DNA from: a virus
Lineage: Duplodnaviria; Caudoviricetes
IMG/VR virus record: IMGVR_UViG_3300005764_000063
Coordinates: 1 to 29,449 of that record
DNA length: 29,449 nucleotides
Strand: one strand, 5' to 3'
A model generated the notes under the pieces. It was not told the DNA's origin. It searched no databases and worked only from the letters and a program-made list of their open reading frames with translations. Below, piece by piece: positions 25,722 through 29,449 of this stretch. The translations under genes and the position numbers were made by a program. Numbering within the stretch: the first letter of the stretch is position 1; each line of letters opens with the position of its first letter.

Positions 25722-26474
25722 TCAGACCAGGATGTGAATGCTGTCCCCAGGCACCTCGGTAAACTCCTGCGGCGGGTAATCCGGGCTGAAGCACTGGCTC
25801 TGGCTAGCGTCGTAGAAGTATTCCGAGAGCAGCCCAGGAGTCAGCGTGGACATCTCCCCGATGTGCTTGGACCGGGACTGGCCGGGGAACAGCGAGCACA
25901 GCCCCGCAACAGAGATCCGCTCACGCAAATCCGCATCCCAGGCCGCAGCGTTATCAGGTAGGCCTCCCCAGCCCGGCTCTATGAACTCCCGCCAGCGATT
26001 CAGCCAGGTCCCCCAGACCAGAGGAGAGAACCACGGCACCCGCACCGCATGACTAGGAAGACCAGTAGACCGGTGAGCATGTGCACTGACTGTGGTAACC
26101 CCGCAACCATCCAGATCCCGGTAACGCTGAGCCCAGGTGAACCACTCCAGGATGTCCATACTGACAAGCAGATCTTCCTCAGCCAGAACCACAAAGTCAT
26201 CCGGGCGCCGGGCAAAGGCCAGCTCCATGGCGTTCCGGGTGTTCGCGGTGACGCCCAGCACTTCAGGGTTACGGACGATCTCGGTGTGAGCGAAGCTGCG
26301 GTGAAGAAAATCCCGGAACTCAGCCACTGGAAACGGGCTGTGCACCGGGCGGGGCTCCAGGCAGAACAGCAGATGCGCGTCCTGAATCCCGCGCACCCTG
26401 CCCCAGCTATTCAGGGCCTCACGCAAGTAGCGCTCCCGCTGGCAGGAGACCGTGAAGGCAATGGTGAAGCTCAC
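25722..26474 (-). CDS. Glycosyltransferase, GT-A fold (GT13/GnT-I-like motifs)
   Basis: RERYLREALNS, EEDLLVS.D.LEWF, WD..LR and P..SRSKHIG; likely GTG start at 26474. Confidence 0.8.
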   Translation of the reverse strand: MSFTIAFTVSCQRERYLREALNSWGRVRGIQDAHLLFCLEPRPVHSPFPVAEFRDFLHRSFAHTEIVRNPEVLGVTANTRNAMELAFARRPDDFVVLAEEDLLVSMDILEWFTWAQRYRDLDGCGVTTVSAHAHRSTGLPSHAVRVPWFSPLVWGTWLNRWREFIEPGWGGLPDNAAAWDADLRERISVAGLCSLFPGQSRSKHIGEMSTLTPGLLSEYFYDASQSQCFSPDYPPQEFTEVPGDSIHILV

Positions 26475-26525
26475 GTCTTGGAGGATCGGGCGGCGTGTGC
26501 TACAGCACACCGCTCGCTTTAGGAG

Positions 26526-26717
26526 TCATTCCGTCTCCCCGGTAATAACCACATCACCAAGCTCGTCCACCCGAACCAGTGGCGGACTGGTCAGACTGTC
26601 CGTGAAGGTCCGGGCATCACTGCCCCGGCTGCCATTGTGGATCTCCAGCCACACCTCACAGCAGCCCTCAGGATCCGCCTGGCGCAGCTCATCAATCAGC
26701 TCTCGGGTAGTCGCCAT
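26526..26717 (-). CDS. Small hypothetical protein
   Basis: MATTRELIDELRQADPE...; start placed downstream of the capsid terminator. Confidence 0.55.
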   Translation of the reverse strand: MATTRELIDELRQADPEGCCEVWLEIHNGSRGSDARTFTDSLTSPPLVRVDELGDVVITGETE

Positions 26718-26738
26718 GCCAGTGATACGGGGCATAAC

Positions 26739-26773
26739 GAGAGCCCCCTCCCCGCTGGGTGGAGGGGGCTCTC
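26739..26773 (-). terminator. Terminator after the major capsid gene
   Basis: 13-bp stem GAGAGCCCCCTCC/GGAGGGGGCTCTC. Confidence 0.7.
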
Positions 26774-26805
26774 GCCGTTCTGCGCTGAGACCAGGCCAGC
26801 CTAGC

Positions 26806-27969
26806 TCAGTCGATGGTTCCGGCACCGCCGTTCCAGTAGCTGGTGGGAGCGCTGGAGCCGTTGCTGATCAGGCCAGTGGCTACGATCATCTGCTCTGGGC
26901 GGGTGATGACCGGGAGCAGATTCCATTCCATCAAGTATTGCCGGGCGCTCGGGTCCTTCTCCTTCCACGTCTTGGAGAACTTCCCGGTGAACCCGGACGG
27001 GGCCTCATCGTCGGCCGTGGGGCCGATCAGCAGCTCAACGGGGCGCTGGTCGGTGTAGTTGCCCAGGTAGGCCTGGCCATCCGGCACGTAGAAGGTCAGG
27101 TTGCCTGCATCGGACTCGTAGACCTGCTCAACCTGGGTCCAGGTCAGGCCGAGGAACCCGGAGATGATGCCCGAACTGTAGTACTCGTCCTTCATCCGGT
27201 CACTCAGCATGGTCGCCGGAATGTTGACCGTGGAGCCAGCTCCCGCGTGCACCCAGGCTTCCATCAGGGCGGCCATGGTGACCGACGTGGCAAACACCTC
27301 GCGGCACGGCACCCGGCCGTGAATCTGGACGATCCTCTTCCAGCTCCGCACGTCCTCAATGATCTGGAACGGTGTGGCGTAGGTGACGGTTCCGGCGCCA
27401 GCGGAGAGGTTCGTGTTCGCCTGGCTCAGGTCGGTGTTGCTGCCCGTGCCGGTGGCGTAGGTCAGGGACGTGTTGTTCACCCATGGCGAGGCTGGGGTGA
27501 CGAAGTGGCTGGACGGGAACTTGTAGTCCACCGTTGCAACCACGTCGTTGTAGCTGTAGGAGATCCCGCCGCCCAGCGCCTGCCAGATCGACCACTCCGC
27601 GAAGTTGTCGAACCGGTAGTTCAGATCGTTGATCTCGCGGAGCACCGCCTGCTCCGCGTTGACAGTGGCAATCTCGCCGGGGAGCCGCAGCCAGTGCAGC
27701 GTGGTCGGCTCGAAAACCTTCTTCTCCCGCAGGTAGATGAAGGCAGCACTTTCCTGGGACCGGCCCAGGCGGGCCACGATGTGTGCTTCCGAGTTGGGCA
27801 CGTTCGGCTTGGCCAGCAGCCGGGAGCCCTTCACCACATCCCAGGTGGCGCTCGGAAACGGCCACGGGGTCTGGTCCATGCGGTTGAGCATCAGGAGCGA
27901 TTCCGGGGTAGTGAACTTCTCAACCACTCCGCGCAGGACCATCGGTTCTAGGAGGCTGATATCCGGCAC
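26806..27969 (-). CDS. Major capsid protein (lambda gpE-like, HK97 fold)
   Basis: 387 aa; EWSIWQAL.GG, VDYKFP, KTWKEKDPS...LPVI motifs; upstream of the head-tail genes; strong GC3 bias. Confidence 0.85.
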   Translation of the reverse strand: MPDISLLEPMVLRGVVEKFTTPESLLMLNRMDQTPWPFPSATWDVVKGSRLLAKPNVPNSEAHIVARLGRSQESAAFIYLREKKVFEPTTLHWLRLPGEIATVNAEQAVLREINDLNYRFDNFAEWSIWQALGGGISYSYNDVVATVDYKFPSSHFVTPASPWVNNTSLTYATGTGSNTDLSQANTNLSAGAGTVTYATPFQIIEDVRSWKRIVQIHGRVPCREVFATSVTMAALMEAWVHAGAGSTVNIPATMLSDRMKDEYYSSGIISGFLGLTWTQVEQVYESDAGNLTFYVPDGQAYLGNYTDQRPVELLIGPTADDEAPSGFTGKFSKTWKEKDPSARQYLMEWNLLPVITRPEQMIVATGLISNGSSAPTSYWNGGAGTID

Positions 27970-28162
27970 TTTGACCCCTTATGTCTGACTTTACGCCGCT
28001 GGACTTCTCGACCACTGTTGTCTACAGCGACACTCACAAGAGAGCGCCCGGCCTGCGCCGTCCCTTACTCAAGGACCACCTAGCTGGCCTGTCAGAGATT
28101 AGACCTCTGCCTGCTCTCTCTAATCGGCACAGGAGAGACCATGACCAAGAGCCACCTAACGG

Positions 28163-28861
28163 ATGCTGAGCCCAGGGAATGCCCCGATCTGCCATGAGCA
28201 GTTCACTCCCCTGCGCCGCAATCAACTGTTCTGCTCTCCACCCAAGCGCTGCCGCTACACGAACGCAGCCCGGCTCCTGGCCCATAGCGCCCGGCAAGAG
28301 CGGCACCAGGAGTTCGGTCTGGGGCCACGGCCTTGTCAAAAATGCTCTGCTGTATTCACACCCTGGTGGCTAGACCAGACCACCTGTGGAGCCAACTGCA
28401 CTGGAAAGCCTGGCGAGGTGCGAACATGTGCCAATCAGAAGTGTGACAAAGAGTTCTTTATTGCGGCGAACCCAGGGAAAGGCCGGGGTAAGCAGAGGTA
28501 CTGCGCACGGCAATGCCGGGACCAAGCCTCACGCTGGCGGCTAGCTGAGCGCTTCCGCCGATACGGAGTCACACCCGAGCAGTACCAGCGGATGCTTGCC
28601 GATCTCGGCGGCCTGTGTGCCATCTCCCGTAAGCCACCAACACCTGCACCCCGGTCAACCCCACGGGAAGGCGAGTGGGAGCTTGCCGTGGACCATGACC
28701 ATCAGACAAGCGTCCTGCGATCCCTGGTTACCCACAAGATCAATCTGGCGCTCGGCCTGTTCGATGATGACCCAGAAACCCTGCGCCTAGCGGCCGACTA
28801 TATCGAATGGTTCCGCAATGGCGGGGACCATACAGGGTGGGTAGCAAGAATCGGAGCATAG
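28163..28861 (+). CDS. Endonuclease VII-like homing nuclease with N-terminal Cys clusters
   Basis: YGVTPEQYQRML...GLCAI...LAVDHDH.T..LR.L....N.ALG.F.DDPE.LR.AA.YI; the only convincing plus-strand gene. Confidence 0.85.
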   Translation: MLSPGNAPICHEQFTPLRRNQLFCSPPKRCRYTNAARLLAHSARQERHQEFGLGPRPCQKCSAVFTPWWLDQTTCGANCTGKPGEVRTCANQKCDKEFFIAANPGKGRGKQRYCARQCRDQASRWRLAERFRRYGVTPEQYQRMLADLGGLCAISRKPPTPAPRSTPREGEWELAVDHDHQTSVLRSLVTHKINLALGLFDDDPETLRLAADYIEWFRNGGDHTGWVARIGA

Positions 28862-28869
28862 GCAGCTAA

Positions 28870-29003
28870 CCCCGGGAGTCAGCCCAGAACCAGAACGGCG
28901 CTGCCTGCTCATCGCGTGGCAGGCCCGCATAATTCCAGCCCTGGGCTTCGTCCCCGGTGCCGGGGGAGGAACCTAACTACCAAGTTGATACCCGACCCGG
29001 CAC
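28870..29003 (-). ncRNA. Candidate structured non-coding RNA
   Basis: Multi-stem fold with G-U pairs that favour the minus strand; starts just after CCGTATAA. No family recognised. Confidence 0.45.
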
Positions 29004-29017
29004 ATCTTGTTATACGG

Positions 29018-29449
29018 CTACCGGGCCCGGAGTCCCTGCTTGACCGCATCAGCCACAAGCTTGCCGATCTGCTCACTGACAACAGCCCTGGCAGCGATCA
29101 CTTCAGCCACCACGACACTCCTGAACGCCTTGGCCACCTCGTCCGCGATAATCTGCTGGACAACCGTCTTCCCACCGTGACGCTCAGTAGGGGCCTTCAT
29201 CTGCTTCTGCACCTCACCCAGAATCATCTCCCGGAGAGTGGTGGCTTTGCCGGTGGTCTCCCCGAACATGTTGGTCTGGGTGAGCGGGGAAGTGAGTGCC
29301 TCAGCAATAGCAGGGCGAATCTGCTCCCGGATCTCCTCATCCCGGATCTCACTCACCCGCGTCCGCAGCGCCGGGTACAGCTCCTGGTCACTGCGAAGCC
29401 GCTCTACCAGCTGATATGCCACAGCATCTGCAATGGTCCAGGGCCGAAT
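29018..29449 (-). CDS. Hypothetical helical protein, probably 5' partial
   Basis: The frame stays open to the window edge. Confidence 0.65.
   Translation of the reverse strand: MRPWTIADAVAYQLVERLRSDQELYPALRTRVSEIRDEEIREQIRPAIAEALTSPLTQTNMFGETTGKATTLREMILGEVQKQMKAPTERHGGKTVVQQIIADEVAKAFRSVVVAEVIAARAVVSEQIGKLVADAVKQGLRAR

Noticed and set aside
26452-27951. Long plus-strand ORFs (499, 452, 417, 381 aa and others)
   Set aside because: Antisense shadows of well-supported minus-strand genes, which is common in high-GC DNA; no recognisable motifs.
28060-28121. Glycine riboswitch in the capsid leader
   Set aside because: Only superficial GAGAGA/AATCTCT..AGG similarity; the CCGAAG core is missing.
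27970-29010. Group I intron housing the endonuclease VII gene, or a tRNA
   Set aside because: No interrupted host ORF, and no recognisable P7 core or tRNA cloverleaf/T-loop.
1-29449. CRISPR array, IS element, integrase, retron or DGR
   Set aside because: No regularly spaced repeats, transposase, recombinase or reverse transcriptase motifs were seen.

Overview
A ~29.4 kb segment of a high-GC (actinobacterial) tailed-phage or prophage genome, coded almost entirely on the minus strand. In transcription order (right to left) it holds: a partial hypothetical gene; a structured intergenic RNA; one plus-strand endonuclease VII-like gene; a lambda-E-like major capsid protein; a GT-A glycosyltransferase; a double zinc-ribbon protein; a head-tail connector, closure, HK97-gp10-like and tail-terminator block; and a GT-B glycosyltransferase. 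A ~16 kb block then interrupts the morphogenesis genes. It carries an Lsr2 homologue with an altered AT-hook, an R-S-E ADP-ribosyltransferase-like gene, HNH nucleases, a permuted NlpC/P60 enzyme, an Rpf/SceD-like transglycosylase, DUF397, a papain-like peptidase and a holin-like membrane cluster. After it come the major tail protein, five Ser/Thr-rich tail-accessory genes and a tail assembly chaperone with a G-GGA-AAG -1 frameshift. The most notable signals are a recurring intergenic CCGATW/CCGTAT motif (often 7-9 nt before start codons that lack an RBS, suggesting a phage-specific promoter with leaderless mRNAs), structured RNAs that begin just after this motif, a duplicated TTGAC-N4-GTCAA promoter/operator, and a probable virion-glycosylation system. 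All family calls come from reading motifs by eye; no database searches were run.
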